Positions 9,235-19,154 are shown, numbered from the stretch's first letter. The stretch is DNA of 64,000 bases from Euryarchaeota archaeon UBA53 (GCA_002507425.1 DAZU01000067.1:2502-66501); one strand, 5' to 3'. Notes: generated from the letters alone by a model not told the origin. Translations and numbers: made by a program.

Positions 9235-11673
9235 TTGTCTAAACTTCTCAATATTAGATTAATGCGGAGTCTTTGGAGGACTAAATTAAGACTTGCTGCT
9301 GTAATATTCATGGTATCTGTAGGAGTTTTTGCGGGAATCACATTTGGATCTTATTCACACAATCTTGACAATATGTATTCTACAATGCACGGGGATAATG
9401 ATGAGGGAGCGAATCTAGCAGATTTATGGATTGACAATACTAGCAATATTTGGACTTCTGACGATGTAGATTCGTTTTGCACGTCCCTACGTGATAATTG
9501 GAATCATTCTTCAAGTCTGGACCATTGTGAAGGTAGGTCGATTGTCAAAGGTGCAATGTTCATCTCACAAGAAGGTGATGACACGGTAATAAATTCTCTC
9601 TGGCATGGAATACCATACAATGCAAGTGTAGACAGAGTTTGGATGCCAGAGGGCCATTCTGAAGGTAGGCTTGCAATTACCGAAGATGAAATTGTAATAG
9701 ATGCGCATGTCACAGATGCTCTTGATCTTCGACTGGGAGACAGAGTCCTGATTGGAGCAGGAAACTTGAATGCAGAGTTTGAAATTGTTGGTATAGGATA
9801 CCATCCAATTCATGTATTAATGGCTCCAGAAGGCACTATGTTCCCTCCTGAGGAGGGGGACTATGTTGTCGGCTATTTATCTGATTTAGGAATGGCTAGA
9901 TTAACAGGGAATCAAGTAGGAGCAAGTAACGTAATAATGCTTGATGTTGAAGGAAATCCTGGTTATGATTTACCGGATACAGACTCGTATGAAGGGGAAG
10001 AAATTGACGCAATAAAACAAAGTGTTGCTAATGCTATAGAGTCAGAAGAATTGGATGCAAGAGTAAGAGACAGGGGTCAATACGAGTCAATAGAGGTTAT
10101 GCGCCAAGATTTGGAGGGTGCAAAGAGAACCACTGTTCCGTTTACTGTTATGATCGCCGCAATAGCGTCCATAACTATTGTATTGAGTTTACAACGCTTG
10201 GTTCAAAGTCAGGCGAAAGAAATCGCAGTTTTGAGAACGTTGGGAGTTCCAAGAAAGTCACTTCTCCAAGGATATATGATTGCACCGGTAATTATAGGCG
10301 GGTTGGGATGTTTTATTGGTGCTATATCAGGACCTTATGGAGCCAACTGGATGCTTGATTTGTATCAAGATATTGTTGGAGTTCCAATCATAAAGCGTGA
10401 AATACCATCGTCAATTTATATTACGGTAATCTCACTTACAATGGCAGTCGTGTTTTTATCAGGTACATTCCCTGCAATTAAGGCGAGCCGTATAGATCCA
10501 CTTGATGTTTTAAGCGGTAAAAATGAGGTAAAGGTAGGTTCTAATTTTATTCGAAAAATAACGTCCTGGCTCCCTACAACACTCAGCCTGTCTGTGCGTT
10601 CCAGTGTGAGGAAACCTATTCGTTTGGCTATGACATTTTTAGCTGTGGGGATATCTCTAATGCTATTTGGCTCAATTCAAATGATGTCCGCTGGTTTTGA
10701 GGACACTCTTGTTTCAGGTATAGAGGAAGATCAAACATGGGATGCTCAAGTTTATGTTAACCCTGGAGGTGAATCAAGGATTATTGATTGGGCAGAAAAC
10801 AAATCCTCTGAATGGGAGTTGATAATTGAAATGCCTTTAGGTGTAGTGAACGATCAGAATAATGTCGACAGAATGTTCACTGTCGTTGGTTTGGATGACT
10901 TTGAATTTGGAATGCGCTCTGTTAATTTGTTGAGTGGACAGTTACCGGTTCATTCTAATAATTCAAAGCAGGTTATGATGGACGAAGGTGCAATGACGTT
11001 TTTGGATTGGAATGTGGGTGAGACAAAATCAGTTTTACTTAATGGAGACAATGTAGAAGTGGAAATTGTTGGAATTACTAGGGGGGAATTAGTCAGAACA
11101 ATGTATTTCTTAAGAGACGATCTAGCGCAGGTTACTGGAATTAATGCCACATCGGTTTACTTAAGCTTCTCTGAAGATATAGGAGTAGATACAAGTCTGG
11201 GAGAAATTTCTGTGGGAATTGTCGAGAGGAATACACTCTTGGAAGGTGTAAAAAGTTTGATTGAGAAGCAAACTGATCTTTTCCAAGCGATTATGTATTT
11301 GGGACTATTATTTACATTTGCAGTTATGCTCAATACTATGATAATGAATGTTGCAGAGAGAGATTTCGAACTAGCTACTCTGAGAGTCTTGGGAGCTTCA
11401 ACTACAAGACTTGGAAGTATGCTGCTATTTGAGAGTGTTTTAATTGGAATTATAGGAGGTATCATTGGCGTAATATTTGCATATGCTGGAGCAGTAGGAC
11501 TTGCAGCATCATTCTCATCCTGGCAATTTTTCTTCCCAGTTTTGCTTGTAAACAGCGTTGCATATGATCTATTATTGGGTGTTTTGGTTATTGCAATTGC
11601 CATGACACCGATAGGAATCTGGCGTTTGAGAAAGATGGACTTAGTTGAGAAGGTTAAAGACTTGTCAAATTGA
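9235..11673 (+). CDS. ABC exporter permease with two FtsX/MacB-type modules
   Basis: Two repeats of EIAVLRTLG / ELATLRVLG, each with 4 TM helices and a large extracytoplasmic domain. Confidence 0.9.
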   Translation: MSKLLNIRLMRSLWRTKLRLAAVIFMVSVGVFAGITFGSYSHNLDNMYSTMHGDNDEGANLADLWIDNTSNIWTSDDVDSFCTSLRDNWNHSSSLDHCEGRSIVKGAMFISQEGDDTVINSLWHGIPYNASVDRVWMPEGHSEGRLAITEDEIVIDAHVTDALDLRLGDRVLIGAGNLNAEFEIVGIGYHPIHVLMAPEGTMFPPEEGDYVVGYLSDLGMARLTGNQVGASNVIMLDVEGNPGYDLPDTDSYEGEEIDAIKQSVANAIESEELDARVRDRGQYESIEVMRQDLEGAKRTTVPFTVMIAAIASITIVLSLQRLVQSQAKEIAVLRTLGVPRKSLLQGYMIAPVIIGGLGCFIGAISGPYGANWMLDLYQDIVGVPIIKREIPSSIYITVISLTMAVVFLSGTFPAIKASRIDPLDVLSGKNEVKVGSNFIRKITSWLPTTLSLSVRSSVRKPIRLAMTFLAVGISLMLFGSIQMMSAGFEDTLVSGIEEDQTWDAQVYVNPGGESRIIDWAENKSSEWELIIEMPLGVVNDQNNVDRMFTVVGLDDFEFGMRSVNLLSGQLPVHSNNSKQVMMDEGAMTFLDWNVGETKSVLLNGDNVEVEIVGITRGELVRTMYFLRDDLAQVTGINATSVYLSFSEDIGVDTSLGEISVGIVERNTLLEGVKSLIEKQTDLFQAIMYLGLLFTFAVMLNTMIMNVAERDFELATLRVLGASTTRLGSMLLFESVLIGIIGGIIGVIFAYAGAVGLAASFSSWQFFFPVLLVNSVAYDLLLGVLVIAIAMTPIGIWRLRKMDLVEKVKDLSN

Positions 11674-11741
11674 TGTAACAGAGGTTACGATTCAAAATTT
11701 TAGGCGATGGAAATAAGTTCCTCTTAGCATTGGCTTGCGAC

Positions 11742-13469
11742 ATGGACTTGACCTCGTGGCTGATTGTAGGCTTCTTGGGCGGGGCATTTTTGTTTGGAAT
11801 ATGGTTCATGTTGGTTAGGGAAGATGACCAGAGTTCTAGGACTATGACAATCCACAGGCAGGACTTAACCCGTAGAGGTGCCCCAGATTTCAGACAAGCG
11901 CACAACGAGTTTGAAAAGAAATTAGCACAGGTCGAGAGACACTTGGATTCAAAAAGAAGAGATGAGAGAGCAATATTGCTAGCAGAAGAACAGGCACGTA
12001 AAGATCTCGCAGATAAAGCTGCTAGAAAATTAATTGAAGAAGAGGAGTTAAAGCTAGCACAAATTGCTGAAGAGGAAGCAAGAAAGAAAGCAGAATACGA
12101 GGCTGCAAGAAAGGCTGAATTGGAAGAGGCACGTCGACTCGCTGAGGAAAGAGAAGTCGAAAGACTTGCTGAAGAAAAGCGCCTTGCTGAGGAAAGAGAG
12201 GCAGAAAGGCAGGAGCAGTTAGCCAAAGAAGAAGAAGAGAGAAAAACTCAGATAGAGTCTTTGAAAGAATCAGAAGCTTTGGAAGCACAAATTGCATCAG
12301 AGCAGGCTGAGCAGGAACTGGAAGAACGTTTGGATAGAGAGGGAGCAAAAACCTCTGAGGTTCAGGTCTCATTGATGTGGAACAATTACAATGACCTCGA
12401 CTTACATGTTTTGTGTCCTTCTGGAGAGAGAATTCACGGTGGTAATAAAGCTTCAGAGTGCGGAGGTGAGCTGGATGTTGATGCGAACGTAAGGCCTGAA
12501 ACTAAGAAGCCAGTTGAAAACATAGTTTGGCCTGATTTCAAAGCACCTCCTGGCAATTACAAAGTATACGTTCATCATTACAAGAAACACAAAAAGCGCC
12601 GCTCAAAGGATCCAACGGAATTCCGAGTTGTTGTTAATTCAGGAGGTGAAGTCAAACATTATGAGGGTGAGTTATCAAACGGTGATCCAATTCTACTTGT
12701 CTGTGAATTCGAACTAGAGCCTCCTGAAGAAAGAGGAACTGATGAAGAGAGAGAATCAGCGCTCATAGCCGAGGAAACAGAGCGCATTGCTGAGGAAGAA
12801 CGACTAGCAATCGAATTGGAAGAACAAAGGCAATTGGAGTTGGCAGAAGCCGAGGAACAAAGGATTGCAGAGATTGTTGCAAACGAAGCTGATGAATTAG
12901 AATCAATCAAGGCTACCGAACAAATCCTGAAGGAATTGAAAGAAAGACTGGATAGGGAAGGTGCAAAATCATCCGATGTTCAGATTTCTTTGATATGGAA
13001 CAATTACAATGATCTTGACCTGCATGTAGTATGTCCTTCGGGCGAGAGGATACACGGAGGTAACCGTGAGTCCGCATGTGGTGGTGAATTGGACGTTGAC
13101 GCAAATGTAAGGCCTGAGACTAAGAAACCGGTAGAAAACGTGGTATGGCCAGAGTCAAAAGCCCCAGGCGGTACATACAAAGCATATGTTCATCATTACA
13201 AGAAACATAAGAAACGTAGGTCAAAAGATCCAACTAAGTTTCAAATTATTTGCAATGCAGGTGGTGAAATTTTGGAATATGAGGGCGAGATTTCGAATGG
13301 AGATCCAATCATGTTAATCTGTGAGTTTACACTTGACGATCCAAAGTCAAGAGCAGCAAAGCTTAGTGAAGCGAGAGAAAAGATTGCCGCAATTGAGAGT
13401 GGAGAATGGTCTGCTGATGACGAAGAGTCCGATTCATCAGACATTCTTGACGAATTATTAGATGATTGA
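11742..13469 (+). CDS. Membrane-anchored coiled-coil protein with two YfaP/DUF2135-like domains
   Basis: N-terminal TM helix, E/A/R-rich coiled coils, two copies of W...NDLDLHV..PSG....LDVD....PVENI. ATG at 11742 (TTG at 11730 is possible). Confidence 0.75.
   Translation: MDLTSWLIVGFLGGAFLFGIWFMLVREDDQSSRTMTIHRQDLTRRGAPDFRQAHNEFEKKLAQVERHLDSKRRDERAILLAEEQARKDLADKAARKLIEEEELKLAQIAEEEARKKAEYEAARKAELEEARRLAEEREVERLAEEKRLAEEREAERQEQLAKEEEERKTQIESLKESEALEAQIASEQAEQELEERLDREGAKTSEVQVSLMWNNYNDLDLHVLCPSGERIHGGNKASECGGELDVDANVRPETKKPVENIVWPDFKAPPGNYKVYVHHYKKHKKRRSKDPTEFRVVVNSGGEVKHYEGELSNGDPILLVCEFELEPPEERGTDEERESALIAEETERIAEEERLAIELEEQRQLELAEAEEQRIAEIVANEADELESIKATEQILKELKERLDREGAKSSDVQISLIWNNYNDLDLHVVCPSGERIHGGNRESACGGELDVDANVRPETKKPVENVVWPESKAPGGTYKAYVHHYKKHKKRRSKDPTKFQIICNAGGEILEYEGEISNGDPIMLICEFTLDDPKSRAAKLSEAREKIAAIESGEWSADDEESDSSDILDELLDD
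12315..13328 (+). repeat. Intragenic duplication of a 132-aa domain (12315-12710 and 12933-13328)
   Basis: Manual alignment gives no gaps and 27 amino-acid differences in 132 (about 80% identity). Confidence 0.93.
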
Positions 13470-14582
13470 CTAAGACAGTATACTGTCTAGACAGTTGTTG
13501 GAAATCGCTTTCTTAATCGATCGAGATATTCTTCTCCCAGTTGACATAAAAGGCTCGTTGATATCACTGTAAGGCGAACCACCAACGAATGGGTTTGAAC
13601 CAGCAACTATTCTTGCACTTATCTCAAATACTCTAAATTCTAGTTTGTCCGTGACAATTGTCTCTAAGCAGAATGAGCCAATCATTCCTCGAGAGTTTTC
13701 CTCAAGTTCAAAAGATGCAGCAACAGTTCCTTCAGCCATTTCAAAAGCTCTTGGTAGCAGGCTCTCTCTTATTACTACTGGCTGATTTCCGGTAACAACG
13801 AACGAGGGTTCTAAACTCATTTCTCTAAGGTCCCTCAAGCTTCCCAATTTATAGAATTCATCTACATTAGATTCGTCCCTTCTATCCATGCTCATTAATT
13901 CCAATCGGCCGAGCTTCTTCCCTGAATTCTTACCAATTCCCTCTACTTGATATCCATCTTCTGCAATTGGGTCAAAGAAGAAGTGCAGATAATATCTGCA
14001 GCCTAAAACATATTCTTGGATTGTGAATTCTTCCTCAATGTTGACATTTCTTTTAAAATCACGATAATCACGGGCTATGAAATATCCCTCTCCACCCTTT
14101 GCACCTGCGTATTTGACTATAACGGGTCCATCAATATCGTGAGGGTCGTCTATAACTTTGGGCATTGAACAACCGCCCATTGCTAGCCATTTTCTCTGAC
14201 GCTCCCTGCTACTTTCCCAGTGCAGTATTCCTCTATTTCCGAACGTTGGGACCTCTAGATTTTTGAAGTTACTACTTCCCAAATACTCAACTAGTGAGCC
14301 ATGAGGAATTATGATTACATTTCTTTCACGAAACCAGTCGGCATAATCTAGCATTTCATCATAATTGTCAAGCATCAACCATTCGTCTGGGTCCGCTCCA
14401 GGAAATGCTGAGTAGTATTTTCTTCTATTTTCTCCAACTGCAATACCTAATGTTCTGAAGCCTTCCTGCCTAGCTCCATGAAGAATTTGCAATGAAGAGT
14501 GGGACGCAACAACTCCTATGGTTATACTCTCATAATCATATGAAGACAACCAGTTTTGGAGTGTCTTGATATCTACGCCCAT
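13470..14582 (-). CDS. purP: Formate-dependent AICAR formyltransferase (ATP-grasp PurP family)
   Basis: ASHSSLQI..GARQEGFRT, PHGSLVEY, GAKGGEGYF, IRESLL, FEISARIVAG, MSTGRRI. Confidence 0.93.
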   Translation of the reverse strand: MGVDIKTLQNWLSSYDYESITIGVVASHSSLQILHGARQEGFRTLGIAVGENRRKYYSAFPGADPDEWLMLDNYDEMLDYADWFRERNVIIIPHGSLVEYLGSSNFKNLEVPTFGNRGILHWESSRERQRKWLAMGGCSMPKVIDDPHDIDGPVIVKYAGAKGGEGYFIARDYRDFKRNVNIEEEFTIQEYVLGCRYYLHFFFDPIAEDGYQVEGIGKNSGKKLGRLELMSMDRRDESNVDEFYKLGSLRDLREMSLEPSFVVTGNQPVVIRESLLPRAFEMAEGTVAASFELEENSRGMIGSFCLETIVTDKLEFRVFEISARIVAGSNPFVGGSPYSDINEPFMSTGRRISRSIKKAISNNCLDSILS

Positions 14583-14701
14583 ACGAACGGCTTCAGTGTC
14601 TTATTAATGACAATTACGGACTTAGAATTGCGAATTAATAGATTACATTAGTCTATAATATCCTCGAGACAATATTATCCGTCAAGGTTTCAAGCCTTAC
14701 C

Positions 14702-15799
14702 TTGTGTGCTATCAACATGAGCGGAGATTCTCCTAAGGGTAGAATGACCTATGGTAATTATCTAAAACTGGAAGATTTACTTTCCTTGCAAGGCGGATAC
14801 AATGAAGACAAATCTTCTCTCTCAAATCATGAGATGCATTTCATAGTTGTGCACCAAGCCTTCGAATTATGGTTTAAGCAAGTAAACATTGAGCTGGAGT
14901 GCGCAATTTCTCTTCTAGACACAGAGGAGGTTGAAGAAAAACAAATTCCTGTTGTGGTTAGTCACCTAGAACGATGCTCGGAGATTTTCAGATTATTGGC
15001 TTCTCAATGGAAAGTGATGGAAACTCTGTCCCCTCAGGATTTCCTCGCCTTTAGAGACCGTTTAGGGACGTCCTCAGGCTTTGAGAGTTGGCAACTAAGA
15101 TCAATAGAGACACTATTAGGGTTAAAATCAGAACAAAGAATCGGAGGGATGGATCCTATGGAACACAATAGAAAGTTACATTCAGAGGGTAAGTTAAGTG
15201 ATTCTGTAATGGATAATCTGAACAGAATTAGTTCTGGTCCATCATTGAATGACGTCTTAATGCGATGGCTTTCTAGAACTCCAGTCAATGGGTTCTCCGG
15301 CAATGAGAAAGTAATGAGAGAATTTGTCGAGAATCACCTTAGTTCTATGAAAAAGCACGGTGAGGAGGTTATATCTCATATCGTAAAAATAGGTCACGGC
15401 AATGAAGATAAAGTAAGACCACGCATAAATGCAGGTATAGCCTCAGCAAGAGATTTTTTACTCCCAAATAACGAGGTTTCTTTTGCTCGTGCAGGATTAT
15501 TATTTATTGAATCATATAGAGAATTGCCATTGTTGTCATGGCCTCGTAGAATGATAGATTCCGTCGTTGATATGGAAGAGGCCATGCTTTTGTTTCGGTC
15601 TCATCATGTCAGAATGGTTGAGAGAATGATCGGTAGAAGAATGGGAACCGGTGGTTCGAGTGGAGTAGATTATCTCGATAAGACACTAAGTTATCGAATA
15701 TTTACTGACCTTTGGGCTGTAAGAACTATGTTGGTAAAACGGGATTCGATTACAGATCCGACAAATCCTGAATTCTATGGATACGTATCTAGCCAATGA
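14702..15799 (+). CDS. kynA: Tryptophan 2,3-dioxygenase
   Basis: TYGNYLKL, HEMHFIVVHQAFELWFK, FRDRLGTSSGFES, VERMIG..GTGGSSGVDYL; start may be the ATG at 14717. Confidence 0.93.
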   Translation: MCAINMSGDSPKGRMTYGNYLKLEDLLSLQGGYNEDKSSLSNHEMHFIVVHQAFELWFKQVNIELECAISLLDTEEVEEKQIPVVVSHLERCSEIFRLLASQWKVMETLSPQDFLAFRDRLGTSSGFESWQLRSIETLLGLKSEQRIGGMDPMEHNRKLHSEGKLSDSVMDNLNRISSGPSLNDVLMRWLSRTPVNGFSGNEKVMREFVENHLSSMKKHGEEVISHIVKIGHGNEDKVRPRINAGIASARDFLLPNNEVSFARAGLLFIESYRELPLLSWPRRMIDSVVDMEEAMLLFRSHHVRMVERMIGRRMGTGGSSGVDYLDKTLSYRIFTDLWAVRTMLVKRDSITDPTNPEFYGYVSSQ

Positions 15800-16054
15800 T
15801 TATTGGTCATGAGGGTCCGTATCTATTGGAATCAGCTCATTTTCATATTCGTATATTGCTATCTTCAAAGGGTCTAGCACGAATCTGACAGAGGCTTCTT
15901 CAAGTCCGTATAGAGAAATAAGTTCCTCCTTGAACGCTTCACGAAGAACATCTTCTGGAGCATTTAAAGGAGCTCCCATCCCAATCTGAAGGGCTCTTGC
16001 GCCAATAATTCTAGCTCTTTCAAATCTGGTATGGGGATTCTTTGGTTTAACCAT
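15800..16054 (-). CDS. rpoK: DNA-directed RNA polymerase subunit K (Rpo6)
   Basis: [21 protein letters not shown] signature; GAGGTG RBS. Confidence 0.96.
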   Translation of the reverse strand: MVKPKNPHTRFERARIIGARALQIGMGAPLNAPEDVLREAFKEELISLYGLEEASVRFVLDPLKIAIYEYENELIPIDTDPHDQ

Positions 16055-16131
16055 AATTACACCTCATGGCACTCTGTGCTGTTCGGGCGAGAATCGACTT
16101 GTTATTGAAACCTACGCAACTTTACCTAGTA

Positions 16132-16983
16132 TTATTGCTCTCCAGATTTCTTGTTGTCCTTCATCAACTGTAAGAGTTGATAGGTAGCAGGCAACGAGAT
16201 TATGATCAATAATAGGGTTATAATCACAATAGTGCTAGTTTTGAATTGATTTTTGTTTTCATCCTCGCCATAAATACCCCCATCTGGTATGTAATCACCT
16301 GCTGGTATTGATGACCCGGATTCTAAAGCAATATAACCTGGATTAGAAAGAACTATGATGAGTTTCTCACCATTTGTGTCTATTATGTTTGTTTGGGAAT
16401 AATTAGTATGATTGACAGCTATGTTTGTGACATTACCTAATGAGGTCACAGTCCATACGTCAATACTTAGATTTTCAAATTCACCTTCTAACGAAAGAGA
16501 ATTATTTTCCAGTGAAATATTGGTAATTCCACTGTAATTTGACTCGGACTTTGACAAAAGTGTATTCAGTTCCTTCGACTGTGTGGGCCCTGCTAAAAGA
16601 TAGTGCCCATCAAGCGCTATTGTAGGATAGCCCCACAATCCATATACATCCAAAAACCTCTCTCTTGAGGCTGGAAGCCAGAATTCGTCGGTCGTAGACG
16701 GTCTATGACTAAGTATAACTTCAGACTGATTTGGTGTTTGATTTAGGATCTGTTCTACTTCTGGACATTCTTCACACCAGTCTGCTCCAAAATATTCGAT
16801 AATGTTTGAAGCTCTAGTAACACAGGTATCATTTTCTTCACATTCTAAGTCTACAACTAGCACATCTATTATGTATCCTTCAGAGTGAGCACCTTCGATT
16901 CCATGCCCTGATACAAATCCAGAGGAAATTATGGAAAAGCCCAATATTGCTATTGCAAAAACTCCTCTCATGTGTATACCCAA
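16132..16983 (-). CDS. Exported, membrane-anchored thioredoxin-fold protein
   Basis: Signal peptide, GADWCEECP CxxC motif, GYPT cis-Pro motif, C-terminal TM helix. Confidence 0.75.
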   Translation of the reverse strand: MGIHMRGVFAIAILGFSIISSGFVSGHGIEGAHSEGYIIDVLVVDLECEENDTCVTRASNIIEYFGADWCEECPEVEQILNQTPNQSEVILSHRPSTTDEFWLPASRERFLDVYGLWGYPTIALDGHYLLAGPTQSKELNTLLSKSESNYSGITNISLENNSLSLEGEFENLSIDVWTVTSLGNVTNIAVNHTNYSQTNIIDTNGEKLIIVLSNPGYIALESGSSIPAGDYIPDGGIYGEDENKNQFKTSTIVIITLLLIIISLPATYQLLQLMKDNKKSGEQ

Positions 16984-17023
16984 ACAGTCCGGTTTGTTAA
17001 AAGGGAGCCTCTGACCCCGGGGG

Positions 17024-18073
17024 GTGATGGAAACCAGATGGTTCCGCCGCCCTTCTACGTTGCCTATTGCAATTGCAATTATGGCGATGATAATTATAAC
17101 AGCTGGTGGAACTATCAGGATTTATGATGCTGGTGAATCTTGTCCCGATTGGCCTCAATGTTTCGGAACCTGGGGATTTGATATTTCAGAGGAAGATCAG
17201 GGCGATTGGTATGATGAAACAGAAGAGTATGATAGCCGTGGACCTGATAAAAGGTATACGACATTTGAGATTTTCATTGAATGGATTCATCGCCTGTTAG
17301 CAGCAATAATGGCAATTCCTGTATTAGCAAATTTCTTGATAATTCTGAAACGTAAAGAATTGTATGGAAAATCTTTAGTTAAGGTTTCATTTTTTACCGG
17401 AATTTTGCTAACACTTCAGGGAGTAGCTGGTGCAGTGACTGTGAGATTTGATAATGCAGATTGGTCGGTTGCTTTACATCTTGGATTAGCATCTTGTTTT
17501 GTATTTATTTTACTATGGCAGTTTTTCAGTATGAGAAAATTGGAAGGAGCAACTTGGCCAATGCTAAGAGTATCAGAAAAATTCAAGCGAGCCCAACTAA
17601 AAAGAATAAAAATCATGACTGCTTCGATATTTTTGTTATTGATTTTAGGGGCTTGGGTCTCATCCTCTCCAAACGGTAATCAAGGGTGTTCAGTCGGATT
17701 CCCGGAGGGTTGGCCAAAGTGTCAAGGGAGTATACTGCCAAGTCTTGATGACAGTGGAATTCTAGTCCAAATGGTTCACAGAACAGGAGCAGGCCTAGTT
17801 GGGATTGCATTAATATTTGGAGGAATGAAGTTTAGGGAGAGCGTAAGGTCGCATCAAATGCATTACGGTTTCACAAGAATTTTTGATTTAGTTACCGGTC
17901 TTTGGCTGTTGAACGTTTGTATTGGTGGTTTATATGTTGTATTTGCAAAACTTGGAGAATTCCCTGAGAAATTATCTCTTCTGCATCTCCTTTTGGGAGT
18001 GGCTAGTTTTTTATGTGCATCTGTTGGCCTAATGCTGTTGAAACTGGGTGAAGAGGGCGGAGAAGATGAATGA
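17024..18073 (+). CDS. ctaA: Heme A synthase (COX15/CtaA)
   Basis: CPDWPQC loop, EWIHR, second Cys pair (C..GWPKC), four conserved His, 8 TM helices. Confidence 0.92.
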   Translation: MMETRWFRRPSTLPIAIAIMAMIIITAGGTIRIYDAGESCPDWPQCFGTWGFDISEEDQGDWYDETEEYDSRGPDKRYTTFEIFIEWIHRLLAAIMAIPVLANFLIILKRKELYGKSLVKVSFFTGILLTLQGVAGAVTVRFDNADWSVALHLGLASCFVFILLWQFFSMRKLEGATWPMLRVSEKFKRAQLKRIKIMTASIFLLLILGAWVSSSPNGNQGCSVGFPEGWPKCQGSILPSLDDSGILVQMVHRTGAGLVGIALIFGGMKFRESVRSHQMHYGFTRIFDLVTGLWLLNVCIGGLYVVFAKLGEFPEKLSLLHLLLGVASFLCASVGLMLLKLGEEGGEDE

Positions 18074-19148
18074 AAAGCCAAATCTTCTCAAGATATACCT
18101 GCAATTGATGAAATTGCGTGTAGTAATTCTCCTCCAAATTACAGCTATTTGTGCTATCATTGCCCATGACATGATGGTTAGGAGTGGGGAATTATCCGGC
18201 GATAGGACCTGGATAAATACGCTTACTTCATGTTCTTACACTATAATAGCAGGAACCCTAGCAGCTGGTGGATCGAATGCAATTAATATGGTCTATGATA
18301 GAGATATAGATCCGGGAATGTCAAGGACAAGGGCTAGGCCTATACCTAGTGGTCATATCTCTCCAAGACATTCACTTATCTTTGGAATTACAGTATCAGT
18401 TTTGGGCAGCAGTCTGTTCCTATTATTTGGTAGTTGGAAAGCTGCTTTCTGGTCAATGTTTTCTGTCCTTTTCTATGTATTTGTTTATACAATTTGGCTC
18501 AAAAGACGAACGCCACAGAATATTGTAATAGGTGGTATAGCAGGTTCTACCCCTCCTGTCATAGGATGGATCGTGGCTGCAGGGGATACCATCCCTGAGA
18601 GTCTAAATCCGTTTGATTTGGGTTCCCCAATACCTTGGATGCTATTTTGTCTTATTTTCTTTTGGACTCCTCCTCATTTTTGGGCACTGGCGCTTTACAG
18701 AAGCGGAGAATATGCAAAAGTTGGGGTCCCGATGATGCCAGATATTAAGGGACCAGAAAGAACATTAAAAGAATCTAAATTTTATTGTATCATGCTATTT
18801 GGTATAGGATCAGTGCCATGTTTTTGGCCAAAAGCGGGGCTTCCTCTTGCATGGGCATTCCTGGCAGGTGCCTTGACCTTATGGTATTCAATATCCGTAT
18901 GGAAAATTGATCCCAATCAAAAGCTTGATTATAATGGAAGAATGACTAAGGCATTTAATTCGTTTACAAGGTCTCTTGGCTATCTTGCTTGGATGTTTGT
19001 AGCGTTTGTGTATATCACAGCAGTTTCGAAAGAAAACGTATGGATAATGACGTTCGCTTTCTTAGGCATTGTACCCATTATCAATTTGATGTTTACTAGG
19101 TGGAAAACCTTTGCTGGAAGGAAAGTCAAGGTATTGAATGCGGAGTGA
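18066..19148 (+). CDS. ctaB: Protoheme IX farnesyltransferase (heme O synthase)
   Basis: NMVYDRDID..MSRT..RPIPSG, LKRRTPQNIVIGG, FWTPPHFWAL; ATG at 18066 overlaps the ctaA stop. Confidence 0.95.
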   Translation: MNEKPNLLKIYLQLMKLRVVILLQITAICAIIAHDMMVRSGELSGDRTWINTLTSCSYTIIAGTLAAGGSNAINMVYDRDIDPGMSRTRARPIPSGHISPRHSLIFGITVSVLGSSLFLLFGSWKAAFWSMFSVLFYVFVYTIWLKRRTPQNIVIGGIAGSTPPVIGWIVAAGDTIPESLNPFDLGSPIPWMLFCLIFFWTPPHFWALALYRSGEYAKVGVPMMPDIKGPERTLKESKFYCIMLFGIGSVPCFWPKAGLPLAWAFLAGALTLWYSISVWKIDPNQKLDYNGRMTKAFNSFTRSLGYLAWMFVAFVYITAVSKENVWIMTFAFLGIVPIINLMFTRWKTFAGRKVKVLNAE

Positions 19149-19154
19149 TAAAAG

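Noticed and set aside
11654-12226. 190-aa antisense ORF and the many other opposite-strand ORFs (e.g. 4235-4732, 24869-25570, 29077-29631, 33010-33534)
   Set aside because: They are shadows of well-supported genes, Ser/Leu-rich mirror translations with no motifs.
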